DNA from: a virus
Taxonomy: Duplodnaviria; Heunggongvirae; Uroviricota; Caudoviricetes
Direction: 5' to 3' (one strand)
IMG/VR virus record: IMGVR_UViG_3300027963_000050
Length of the DNA: 35,289 nt
Both the position numbers and the translations under genes were made by a program. A model generated the notes under the pieces. It was not told where the DNA came from. It did not search any database and worked only from the letters and a program-made list of their open reading frames with translations. Of this stretch, positions 6,152-14,982 are shown one piece after another; position 1 is the first letter of the stretch; each line of letters begins with the position of its first letter.

Positions 6152-8593
6152 TTATTTTAATAAAAACCCAAGTTCATAAACCATTGGAGTCATTTCTTTA
6201 TCTAATTGTTCAACCAAACTCTCAATTAATACTACATTAGATTCAGACGCAATTTTTTTAAATTGTGAATATCCCATATCCCACGGATATTCAGTTGAAT
6301 TTAAAATTGTTTCAAAATAAATTCTTCTATACTCATCAATTATTTTTTTTGCAATAGTCGGAATCCCTTCATAAAAATTTTCATCAGATAATATTTTTGC
6401 AACAAATCTATCTTCAGATAAATTAAAATCATCATATAGTGACATCACTTGGTGTTTTTCCATATGTTTAGTTAGCGATTGTCTCATAAATGGAAAAAAT
6501 TCATTTTTAACCCTATAATTAACACCATTATATATTTTACTTATCCACGAAGTTTGATTAGAACCATTAGAAAATAAACATCTTATTAATGATAATTTTT
6601 TAAAAATATTATATTTTGGATGTTCTTCATCCGGTTTTAAATATTCATCTTTATGATTTAACCAATTATTTTTTATTAATTTTCTCGCATTAAACATCAT
6701 TATTGCCTCCCAAAATCCTTCTTCATTAAATGAAACTCCGTGTGATGAAGCAAATGGCATTGTATAAAGTCCAACATATTGAGAATTAAATTGTACACAA
6801 TTTGAGTTATTATGTAAAAACCCAATAAAATTTGTTTTAACAGTATCTTTATTTTTACTATTTAGAACAGGAACATCATACCCATTTATAGTAGGAACAA
6901 ATTGAGCATTATCAGATTTTTCAATCCATTTTGATTTAATCCACGGTTTTGAAGATTCTAAATTATCCGTATTGTAAAACAACTTCACACCCTTATTAAC
7001 AACATCAATCCCTTCTCTTTCCAATATATCAAACGCAAACGTATTTGAGTCCTCAGGTACTCCACATTCAAAAATAGCAAAAACTAATGGCCAAGATTTA
7101 ACACCCGCAAATTCTTTAGCATTAATTAAAAACCCTTTTTTAAATTTATAATTTCTACCCATAAATTCTCTAAGTTCTTTAGTTTTCTCACCTGTGAAAT
7201 AAATTGGTAACATAAAATAACCAATATTAACTTTTTTACCGGTTTTTAAATATAAATTATTATTTTGATATAAGAATTGATTAAATAATTGGTCGCACGA
7301 ATTACCTAGCCCGTCTTTTATCATTAATTTTCTAATGTATGTGTCTGAAACACCAGGTTTACTTGTTTTCCCATAATTTGCGGAGGTAAGGAATGGCGGA
7401 TTTTCTAATTTATTTATTACTTCCGCATTATCAATTAAATTTTTTACACTAATTGGCAATAAATCGTAATTAGTCTCCAAATAATCTATTTCTTCAACAA
7501 TTGCACCTTTATTATACCCCGATTGAATAATAGTATCAACATCCGCTCTATCTTTAGTTGATAATATTAAATTTGAGTATCTTCTATCTTTAGTTATATT
7601 AGCAGTTCCGGCACTTGAATCCCATACTAAATCAGTTGTTGATGTTCTATAATTTGGAAAAATTGATTCATAATATAAATCCGCTTGTTCAGCCCAAACA
7701 GATTGAGTATAAAATGCCCCTAATCTTCTTCTTTCAGAATCTTGAATTAAAGTATCTTGAGTTGATGTTATTTTCTTTTTTTCATTATTTGAAAAATTAT
7801 TAACATTAAATCCGTTCATTAATAATTCAAAATTTGTTTTATTAACTTTAATTTTAGAATTTCCAAAAGATTCTGTAATCAGAGAACCATCATTTTTTTT
7901 AACATTTAATCCATTACACATTGGATTAACAAATAAATGAACAAATAAATTAACTGAATCATTTGGTAACATTTTAGTTTTTAGAACATCTTCCTCCCAA
8001 TATGAAAACGCTTTTTTAATTTTATTAGACGTTACTGGTCTTTTTTGTACACTATTTTTACAATAATTTAATATTCTATCATAAATTATTGGGAGATTAA
8101 TTGCGGATATTGTATGATATATAGGTATTAATAAATTATTATTTAAGTCATTTAAAACCAAATCATATAATAATGGCACTTCTTTCCAAGCATCAACGGC
8201 ATTACTAGGCCACTTAATATCTTCTGCTAAATAACTAAGAAGTTGATTTGTATGAAAATAAACAAATTCATTTTTATCTACAATTGCAACCACTTTAGGT
8301 GTCTTCAATTCTGTTGATTCATCCATTCGATGTAAATAAACTAAAGCTTGCACAAGAGCTCTTACCAAAGATTTATTACTTGATAAATTTTCATCAAGTT
8401 TAAATTCAAACAAAATACTGACATACCACTTTTTATTTTTAGGTGATTCATCGTAAAGAACCCCATCATCCCCTCGGAATCTATTAAATAATAAATTACT
8501 TTTAGATTGGAAAAATCCAATAATTGATTGTTGAACCACGCTTTCATTGTTTGCAATGGCTAAATTACTAATTGTTTGTCCTGTTGTTATCAT
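6152..8593 (-). CDS. Fused restriction endonuclease / N6-adenine methyltransferase (Type IIG-like single-chain R-M enzyme)
   Basis: N-terminal PD-(D/E)xK-like DDGV...ILFEFK; MTase motif X GAFYTQ, motif I VWDSSAGTAN, motif IV NPPF in gamma-class order; long C-terminal putative target-recognition region. Confidence 0.75.
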   Translation of the reverse strand: MITTGQTISNLAIANNESVVQQSIIGFFQSKSNLLFNRFRGDDGVLYDESPKNKKWYVSILFEFKLDENLSSNKSLVRALVQALVYLHRMDESTELKTPKVVAIVDKNEFVYFHTNQLLSYLAEDIKWPSNAVDAWKEVPLLYDLVLNDLNNNLLIPIYHTISAINLPIIYDRILNYCKNSVQKRPVTSNKIKKAFSYWEEDVLKTKMLPNDSVNLFVHLFVNPMCNGLNVKKNDGSLITESFGNSKIKVNKTNFELLMNGFNVNNFSNNEKKKITSTQDTLIQDSERRRLGAFYTQSVWAEQADLYYESIFPNYRTSTTDLVWDSSAGTANITKDRRYSNLILSTKDRADVDTIIQSGYNKGAIVEEIDYLETNYDLLPISVKNLIDNAEVINKLENPPFLTSANYGKTSKPGVSDTYIRKLMIKDGLGNSCDQLFNQFLYQNNNLYLKTGKKVNIGYFMLPIYFTGEKTKELREFMGRNYKFKKGFLINAKEFAGVKSWPLVFAIFECGVPEDSNTFAFDILEREGIDVVNKGVKLFYNTDNLESSKPWIKSKWIEKSDNAQFVPTINGYDVPVLNSKNKDTVKTNFIGFLHNNSNCVQFNSQYVGLYTMPFASSHGVSFNEEGFWEAIMMFNARKLIKNNWLNHKDEYLKPDEEHPKYNIFKKLSLIRCLFSNGSNQTSWISKIYNGVNYRVKNEFFPFMRQSLTKHMEKHQVMSLYDDFNLSEDRFVAKILSDENFYEGIPTIAKKIIDEYRRIYFETILNSTEYPWDMGYSQFKKIASESNVVLIESLVEQLDKEMTPMVYELGFLLK

Positions 8594-8597
8594 AATG

Positions 8598-8629
8598 CAA
8601 ATATAATCATAATTATTTCAATAAACAAA
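8598..8629 (-). promoter_or_regulatory. Bacteroidota sigma-A-type promoter TTTG-N20-TATATTTG driving the R-M gene
   Basis: -33 TTTG at 8629-8626, -7 TATATTTG at 8605-8598, ATG only 4 nt downstream. Confidence 0.8.
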
Positions 8630-8641
8630 AAAAATAATATT

Positions 8642-11011
8642 TTATTGGGAAACATAACTAATATTTTCTTCTTTTCTAATTCTTACCACGTTATCAGCCC
8701 AATTTGTTACTAATGGGTTGTGTGTAATAACAAATATCTTTTCAAAGTATTCTTTAATCTTACTAAAGAATTCTGATACCATCTCCAAGTTGTCGTTAGA
8801 CATCTTCCCGAACACCTCATCAAACACAACAACGTTAGCTCTTGGTAATGAACATATTTTACTCAATACCGCTCTCAACGCTAGTGAAGCAATTGACCTT
8901 TCATATCCGGACCCGGACGCCATCGGTTTCTCAACCTGAGTGTTGTTATCAATCATTAGGAAGTCAACTTCATTCTTATCGTTAATCTTAACTTCTAATC
9001 TGAAGTGACAACTATCTTCCAATAGTCTTTGAAGTTCACTATTGATAAGTGGCATCATCGTCTTCATTATAAGTTTGGTAACACCATTCTTACCGAATAT
9101 TTCCAAATAGATTTTATAGATTCTTTCTCTCTCCGCTTCTTCCGCAATCTTTCTAATTGTTTCCAAGTTAGATGTTATCTTGGTTGTTAGATTGGTAATC
9201 GTAAACTTATTGTTTGAGATACTAGTTTCAATAGTTTTCTTCTCACCCTCAAGTTCATCAATTCTAATCCCCGCTTTAATCAATAATCCATCTGTCTTAT
9301 TGTTTTCAATAATCTTATCCTGAACCTCAGAGTATCTTTCCAATTTGGTTTTCAACGCATCAATCATCAATTGGAAACGTTCAACACTTAATTCGTATTT
9401 CTCTTTGATAAGTTTGTTTTTCTCATACTCATCAAATTCTTTTTTAAGGTTAACAAAACCTAACTCTTTGCTGGTTAAATCCTGCATTAACCCCTCTAAT
9501 TCCCCTTTGTGCGTGATAAATCCTGCAAGTTCCCCAATTTTTGCATTGGTAATCGCCGCATTCATTAGTTCAATACCACAGTGTTCACATTTGATTCCAC
9601 CATCAACAGAACTCTTAAGTTCTTCAATACTTTTAATCTTTGCGTTGTTCTCCGCTTGTTTAGTAATCAAATCTTTAATTTTCTGTTTCACCTCATCGTG
9701 TTTGTCCTCGTGGTAAAATTCAGATGGTTCAACAACCTTAACCCCATCTCTGTCAGAAATGGCTTTGGCTTTCTGTAGGTCCAACCCATTAATTTCCTCT
9801 TGGACTTTATCCGGAGATACTAATGTTAAATCTCTATCAATATTGTGTTTGGATTTTAACAATCCATCACGATACTCCTGACCCTTAAGGATTCTTGCTT
9901 TAGCATCTTCCAATTGAGTATCTAAAGTAAGATTACTCTCCGTTAGAGTATCAATTGTATCTTGACTAGTTTGGTTATCCGTTTTAAGTTCTTCAGAGTT
10001 ATAAATGTTTGACAACATTCCTTTGGAGAAGTCACTATAAATTTCTTTGGCGGCCTCTTCTTTACGTTTAAGGAAATCCAACCCCATAAACCTTGAAAGA
10101 ACTTGACCCCTCGCCGTAGGTTTGGCGTCAATTAGTTCTTCCAAGTTGGTGGCAGTTGTTAGGATGGTCATTAAGAAGTCCTCTTTGGTCCCGATAGATG
10201 TTTTGATAAACGCCTCGGTCTCTCTTCGTTGTTCTCCGGTGAAGTTCTGCAAACTACCATCAGACAATCTTTTGTAAAAGTCCAACTCGGTCTTAACCGT
10301 CCATTCATTTTTCTTTGATAACTTTCTCTCAATATTTCTCAATATGATATACTCCTCACCATCTATTGTAATCTCACCTTTTACAGCAACTTTGTTTCTC
10401 TCTGTAAACCTGTTGAATATCTCCTCCGCTTTAGATGTCTTGGTTGTCTCATTAAAGAATAAGAACATCAATAAATCCACAGTAAGAACTGTCTTACCCC
10501 CAAAGTTAGGTGGGTTTGATTCAACAACCGTAATCCCATCACACTTCTCAAAATCTATTTTCTGATTCTCACCATAGGATAAAAAGTTTGAGAACTCAAT
10601 GTTCTTGATATACCATCTCTTGAACGGGGCAGCATCAGTTTGAGTTTGTAACAATTTGTTATCCACAATACTATTAAGTTGGTAGATATCATCGTAGTGT
10701 TCCATATTCCCCTTTGACTCCAAGAATGAACGAACTAACTCTAATTGATAGTTCTCATCCAAGATGTTAAAGGATATGTCTACGGTATGTGTGGTGTCGT
10801 CAGCAACCTTTGTTTTTGTTATTACATTGACGTTGGTTGTGTTATACTTCTTTTGAAAGTAATGACGAACACTCTTAATTTTTTCTTGAGTAAAGTTTTC
10901 AGCGTAATCCTCCCATACAATCTGTAAGTAAGGATTATCAAAACTTGTGATATCTAAATCTTTTATCATTATTGTGTAATTAAATTCTATGGGGGGATTA
11001 AATAAATCCAT
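8642..11011 (-). CDS. sbcC: Rad50/SbcC (T4 gp46-like) SMC-family ATPase with an N-terminal extension
   Basis: IKNIEFSNFLSYG start of the ATPase domain, atypical Walker A SNPPNFGGKT, coiled coils, zinc hook CEHCG, signature SGYE, Walker B VVVFDE, H-loop VITHN. Confidence 0.9.
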   Translation of the reverse strand: MDLFNPPIEFNYTIMIKDLDITSFDNPYLQIVWEDYAENFTQEKIKSVRHYFQKKYNTTNVNVITKTKVADDTTHTVDISFNILDENYQLELVRSFLESKGNMEHYDDIYQLNSIVDNKLLQTQTDAAPFKRWYIKNIEFSNFLSYGENQKIDFEKCDGITVVESNPPNFGGKTVLTVDLLMFLFFNETTKTSKAEEIFNRFTERNKVAVKGEITIDGEEYIILRNIERKLSKKNEWTVKTELDFYKRLSDGSLQNFTGEQRRETEAFIKTSIGTKEDFLMTILTTATNLEELIDAKPTARGQVLSRFMGLDFLKRKEEAAKEIYSDFSKGMLSNIYNSEELKTDNQTSQDTIDTLTESNLTLDTQLEDAKARILKGQEYRDGLLKSKHNIDRDLTLVSPDKVQEEINGLDLQKAKAISDRDGVKVVEPSEFYHEDKHDEVKQKIKDLITKQAENNAKIKSIEELKSSVDGGIKCEHCGIELMNAAITNAKIGELAGFITHKGELEGLMQDLTSKELGFVNLKKEFDEYEKNKLIKEKYELSVERFQLMIDALKTKLERYSEVQDKIIENNKTDGLLIKAGIRIDELEGEKKTIETSISNNKFTITNLTTKITSNLETIRKIAEEAERERIYKIYLEIFGKNGVTKLIMKTMMPLINSELQRLLEDSCHFRLEVKINDKNEVDFLMIDNNTQVEKPMASGSGYERSIASLALRAVLSKICSLPRANVVVFDEVFGKMSNDNLEMVSEFFSKIKEYFEKIFVITHNPLVTNWADNVVRIRKEENISYVSQ

Positions 11012-11017
11012 TGGTTG

Positions 11018-11048
11018 AATGTCTAAAAAATGTCTAACGAATGTCTAA
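11018..11048. repeat. Three AATGTCTAA direct repeats with exact 11-bp period upstream of sbcC
   Basis: Copies at 11018-11026, 11029-11037 and 11040-11048. Confidence 0.85.
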
Positions 11049-11314
11049 ACAGTTTCAGAAGTTACAACTTCTACATCTGTTACGTTAATGTCATTTGTTT
11101 CACCAACAATTACATCACTAAGAACTTCAGTGTTCACATTAACTAGTTCACCATTTTCATTTTGGTATTGAGCTTTTAACTCTTCCATTTGTTTTTCAAA
11201 CATTTCTTGATACTCTGCTTGAGCTTTTTTTCTTAATCCTCTAAGAGTGTTGTTTCTGTGTGTAACTCTTGTTTTGTGTGCCTTTGCACCACCACGTAAT
11301 TTTGACTTTGGCAT
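11045..11314 (-). CDS. Small hypothetical protein (basic N-terminus, acidic C-terminus)
   Basis: 89-aa ORF in the operon. Confidence 0.75.
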   Translation of the reverse strand: MPKSKLRGGAKAHKTRVTHRNNTLRGLRKKAQAEYQEMFEKQMEELKAQYQNENGELVNVNTEVLSDVIVGETNDINVTDVEVVTSETV

Positions 11315-11322
11315 AATTGTTT

Positions 11323-11832
11323 TTATTTATTGTTATTTATTTCGTTGTTAAATTCTTGTTGTATTTCTTCTAATGTTATTTCCGGTTCTTCGTCTACCAT
11401 ATCTCTAAGTTCTTGTGTTAACATATCAGTAATTCTTTGATATTGATTCTCAGTTTTAATTACTTTATCTCCCGGTTCTTCGTCATCATTCTTGTAAAAA
11501 TCTAACCAATCAGGTCTTTCTTGAACTTTAATTTTATCAACCTTTTCAATCATTTGTTGAACTTCAGTTTTGGTTCCATTCAATATTTTCTTTAACTTAA
11601 CTTTTCTTTCAAGTTCATTCCATATTCGGTAATAACCCGCCGAACTGTTGTTATGAAAATTAACATCAATTTGATTGTTTTCCAAATACTCCATAATATC
11701 AATCATAACATCATCCTCTTCTATAATTCCCATATCACCACAAAGGGTAAATAAATCATCGGAAGTAATAATCCATCGTTGAGTTTTCTTTTCCTCAATT
11801 TTTTTTAATATAAATTCACCTAATTTTCCCAT
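11323..11832 (-). CDS. Hypothetical acidic protein
   Basis: 169-aa ORF, tightly packed. Confidence 0.75.
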   Translation of the reverse strand: MGKLGEFILKKIEEKKTQRWIITSDDLFTLCGDMGIIEEDDVMIDIMEYLENNQIDVNFHNNSSAGYYRIWNELERKVKLKKILNGTKTEVQQMIEKVDKIKVQERPDWLDFYKNDDEEPGDKVIKTENQYQRITDMLTQELRDMVDEEPEITLEEIQQEFNNEINNNK

Positions 11833-11835
11833 ACT

Positions 11836-12180
11836 TTAATTTTTTGTTGGTCTATTTTCTTCAAACCATTCTACCATCCCGTTGAACGCCCACACAAACC
11901 CGGAAGCAATCAGTCCATCAAAGAACCAACTAATCCAAGTTGGCGTCCCAATAAGGAATGACGATGGTGAATAATAAGCAATTCCAAGGAAAAAACCAAC
12001 CCACGTTGATGTACACATCATACAAGACAGTAAATCACCAAAAAATTTTCCTAATGAATTAAATGGTAACATACTATTTCCCCAATTTTGTAAACCATTT
12101 CTTAATCCTTGGAATATTGACCCATAAACCAATATGTTCGTCATCCCATATGCCGCTAGTAACCAAATTAATATTATCAT
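11836..12180 (-). CDS. DUF1360-like membrane protein with CxxC
   Basis: Hydrophobic helices plus GDLLSCMMCTSTWVG, resembling the DUF1360 G.LL.C.WC..VW motif. Confidence 0.65.
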   Translation of the reverse strand: MIILIWLLAAYGMTNILVYGSIFQGLRNGLQNWGNSMLPFNSLGKFFGDLLSCMMCTSTWVGFFLGIAYYSPSSFLIGTPTWISWFFDGLIASGFVWAFNGMVEWFEENRPTKN

Positions 12181-12181
12181 C

Positions 12182-12475
12182 TTATTCTCCTATATAATGT
12201 GTACTTATGTTCTCACCTTCTTCAACTTCACTTATGAATTTTTGGATAGAACGAAATTCTTTTATTTTTTCAATTTGGTCATTTTCAGTTGAGGTCGTTT
12301 CAAAACGTAGTCTAGCACTACCATCACCATCTACTGTGACCGGGATGGTTCTGTTAGACCCAACTGAACCTAAAATTTGTATCTTTGTTAGTAATTCAAG
12401 TAATTCTTGTATTTCTTCCTTACCACCACTAACCCTAATGTCTAAATAATAATTTTCCATATTACATTGTATCAT
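12182..12475 (-). CDS. Small hypothetical phage protein
   Basis: 97-aa ORF (start could be the internal Met at codon 6); LGSVGSNRTIPVTVDGDG motif. Confidence 0.7.
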   Translation of the reverse strand: MIQCNMENYYLDIRVSGGKEEIQELLELLTKIQILGSVGSNRTIPVTVDGDGSARLRFETTSTENDQIEKIKEFRSIQKFISEVEEGENISTHYIGE

Positions 12476-13097
12476 TTATGTTTGAACCTTTCAAATAGAC
12501 AGCACCCTGACTAATCTTAATAGATTCTAATTGTTTATTTATTTCTTCTAATTGTTTAATCTCATCGGTCTTTGAGTTTAATTCTTTTCTTAAAGTTTGT
12601 AAAGTCTCTTGTAACATTGTCATCTTATCATTTGATTTTTCTACCTCAATAATTGTTTCAACCGGGACTTCTTTAATTACCTCAACCTCTTTAATTGTTT
12701 CAATTATTTCCGGTGGTCTATCTTCCAACTGTTGTATTTTTAACAACAGTTCATTTACTTGAGTTTCGTCCCCAATTTTATCTATATTTGGGACAGGAAC
12801 TTCAATTCTCACTTCTTTAATAACCTCAACTTCTCGGATTATTTCTTTAATGACCTCAACTTCTTTAATAACTTCTACCGGAACTTCTACCCGTATTTCA
12901 CGAATTACCTCAATTTCTACCTGTTTTTCACCAACAATACCCGTTTTTCCCGAATCATCACCAAGTAATCCATATTTGTTAATGTTAAAACCTTCAGTGT
13001 AACATTTGGATATGAACTTATCCACATCCTCAATATTGTTTAACTTACAATATTCTTGGACAGACTTTAATTGATTAGTTGTTAGTTTTATTTCCAC
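12462..13097 (-). CDS. Hypothetical protein with (EVIKEV/VEVP) low-complexity repeats and a C-terminal coiled coil
   Basis: 211-aa ORF; repeat region aa ~58-150. Confidence 0.8.
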   Translation of the reverse strand: MEIKLTTNQLKSVQEYCKLNNIEDVDKFISKCYTEGFNINKYGLLGDDSGKTGIVGEKQVEIEVIREIRVEVPVEVIKEVEVIKEIIREVEVIKEVRIEVPVPNIDKIGDETQVNELLLKIQQLEDRPPEIIETIKEVEVIKEVPVETIIEVEKSNDKMTMLQETLQTLRKELNSKTDEIKQLEEINKQLESIKISQGAVYLKGSNINDTM

Positions 13098-13872
13098 TAT
13101 TAACTAATTTTTCAGTTCCGTTTATAATATCATCAAATGATTTCATCTTAAATGATAAGAAGGGTTTTGGATTATCCAAATCAACAAATGAATAATCATC
13201 TGTCTCAACATTATATATTCCAAATCCGTGTTTGGTTATTGTCTCACCATAGTTCTGTTGGATTGTTGAACCCACCATATATGCTTTTTTTCCACCCGGG
13301 ATGTTGAAAGTTTGTCTTTTGTGAATATCCCCGCATAAAACCAAGTCACATCCGTTAAACTTATCTGTTTCAAATCCGGTTTCAAACTTATATCCGATGT
13401 CGGTTGTTAATCCTTGAACTGGTCCGTGAAATAATCCAATCTTTAATCTACCCGTTTTTTCAATCTCAGGTGGAATGTTATGGTCAAGTAATGAATACAC
13501 CACCCAATCAACATTATCATCCTCGTATTCTCCTCTGTTCTTCAAATAAACGATGTTGTTGTTCTTTAATGAATCAATTACCGGTGTAAGAGCATCCAAT
13601 CTTGATGAGTTCGATTCCAAGAAATCGTGGTTTCCAATTATAACTATGGTTTTGGCAATCTGAGAACATTCCGTAAGAATCCAAGCAACAAACTCAATAA
13701 GTTCAGGTGTCATTTGATTCTTAGAATGTACTAGGTCTCCGGTGAAAACAATCCTGTCCGGAGCAATCTCTTTGAATTGTTCCAACATATTGACTAAAAT
13801 GCCACGATATAAGTCGTGGTCTTTAAATAATCGTATATGTAAGTCACTAAAGTGAACTAATTTTTTTATCAT
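13075..13872 (-). CDS. sbcD: Mre11/SbcD (T4 gp47-like) metallophosphoesterase nuclease
   Basis: Motifs SDLH, GDLVH, GNHD, FHG, GDIH. Start reassigned to the ATG at 13872 (MIKKLVHF), immediately after the upstream stop. Confidence 0.9.
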   Translation of the reverse strand: MIKKLVHFSDLHIRLFKDHDLYRGILVNMLEQFKEIAPDRIVFTGDLVHSKNQMTPELIEFVAWILTECSQIAKTIVIIGNHDFLESNSSRLDALTPVIDSLKNNNIVYLKNRGEYEDDNVDWVVYSLLDHNIPPEIEKTGRLKIGLFHGPVQGLTTDIGYKFETGFETDKFNGCDLVLCGDIHKRQTFNIPGGKKAYMVGSTIQQNYGETITKHGFGIYNVETDDYSFVDLDNPKPFLSFKMKSFDDIINGTEKLVNSGNKTNN

Positions 13873-13873
13873 C

Positions 13874-14089
13874 TTATTTGTCAAATAATTTAAACTCCTC
13901 ATTTACGTGACCGCAATCATCACATCTGTATGTTGGGAACGGAACTATAGTGTCTTCCGAACTTCCTGTTAACAATTTGTTAACTTTTTTTATCATCGTA
14001 ACTTCTTTGAAGTAGATACTATCACACTCCTCACACACTAAAGTAGGTTGTTGTTTTAAATCAATCTTTGGTTTTAATAAATCGTCCAT
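13874..14089 (-). CDS. Small zinc-ribbon protein
   Basis: CEEC...CDDC pair in 71 aa. Confidence 0.75.
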   Translation of the reverse strand: MDDLLKPKIDLKQQPTLVCEECDSIYFKEVTMIKKVNKLLTGSSEDTIVPFPTYRCDDCGHVNEEFKLFDK

Positions 14090-14118
14090 ATTCTTTTTTT
14101 TATAAATTTAGTTTATTT

Positions 14119-14982
14119 TTATTTCTTTGTCAAATATTTTGACATATCCATTTCCAAGATAGTATCTTGAACTGACTTAGGAACACGGAACTCTTCATAT
14201 TGACCAATTTCTTTAACAAGGACAATCACACACCCATACAATTTAATGTTTTCGTATTTGGTTCCTTGTAACATTTTAATAAGAAGTTTCCCATAAAATG
14301 GTAATTGAGTGAAGTAATGACCCAATGCGTTGTTTGGTAACTTATCAAATGGATAATACATTTTTTTAGTAAAATGATTCTCTTCAAAGTTTTTTGGTTT
14401 ATTACTTTTCCAGTCTGTTATGACCAACCCAAACTCAGTTTGTTCTTTATTCATAATTAACCACACCTTATCGGGTTGTCCCGTATACTTTAACTCGGGG
14501 TCACCCAACACAATCTCAGTATCCAATAACACGGCACCCCTCTCAACCATAAGGTTCAGATATGCAGTCCCTGCTGATATCATACTATCACCTTTTAAAA
14601 TTTGTGTAAAATCGCATTCAAAGATGGGTTGTCTTACTTCTTTGTAATCACCAAACATCTCAATGGTTTTCTTTTCCAACATATAGTGAACCCTACTTCC
14701 CATATTAGTTGAGTAATCTCCGGCAGCCTTCCACTCATCCAATAGTTGTTGTTGAACTTCAGGGTCACCTTTAGCTTTCTTTAGTGAGATACCTTCCGTA
14801 TCAAACTCCTCGTAAAAGTATTTCATCACTTTACTAACGGAGGGATAATCACTTCGGACTACACCGGTCTCATCCTTCATATAATAAGTGTGGGTGTCCT
14901 CAACGAATGTTAACTCAAGTTCCTCTCTTCGTTTATCCAATAACCCTCTAATCTCTTTTGCAACCTCATTTAAATCTATCAT
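14119..14982 (-). CDS. PD-(D/E)xK superfamily nuclease (RecB/Cas4/lambda-exonuclease-like)
   Basis: PSVSKV motif, GQPDKV...VITDWKS catalytic core, HY..QL..Y helix. Confidence 0.85.
   Translation of the reverse strand: MIDLNEVAKEIRGLLDKRREELELTFVEDTHTYYMKDETGVVRSDYPSVSKVMKYFYEEFDTEGISLKKAKGDPEVQQQLLDEWKAAGDYSTNMGSRVHYMLEKKTIEMFGDYKEVRQPIFECDFTQILKGDSMISAGTAYLNLMVERGAVLLDTEIVLGDPELKYTGQPDKVWLIMNKEQTEFGLVITDWKSNKPKNFEENHFTKKMYYPFDKLPNNALGHYFTQLPFYGKLLIKMLQGTKYENIKLYGCVIVLVKEIGQYEEFRVPKSVQDTILEMDMSKYLTKK

Noticed and set aside
14129-14145. Inverted repeat TGTCAAA-TAT-TTTGACA near the end of the PD-(D/E)xK gene
   Set aside because: Short, weak AT-rich stem inside coding sequence with no adjacent U-tract; not supportable as a terminator or operator.
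5628-14647. Short plus-strand ORFs opposite the replication block (5628, 7615, 8718, 9345, 9581, 10344, 10745, 12207, 12759, 13404, 14420) and same-strand off-frame ORFs 8362..8556 and 9943..10131
   Set aside because: They are nested in long conserved-motif genes and have shadow-like composition.
14119-14982. Cas4-like nuclease as a sign of a CRISPR locus
   Set aside because: No repeat-spacer array or other cas genes were seen; the context is primase/Mre11/Rad50, so a recombination nuclease is more likely.
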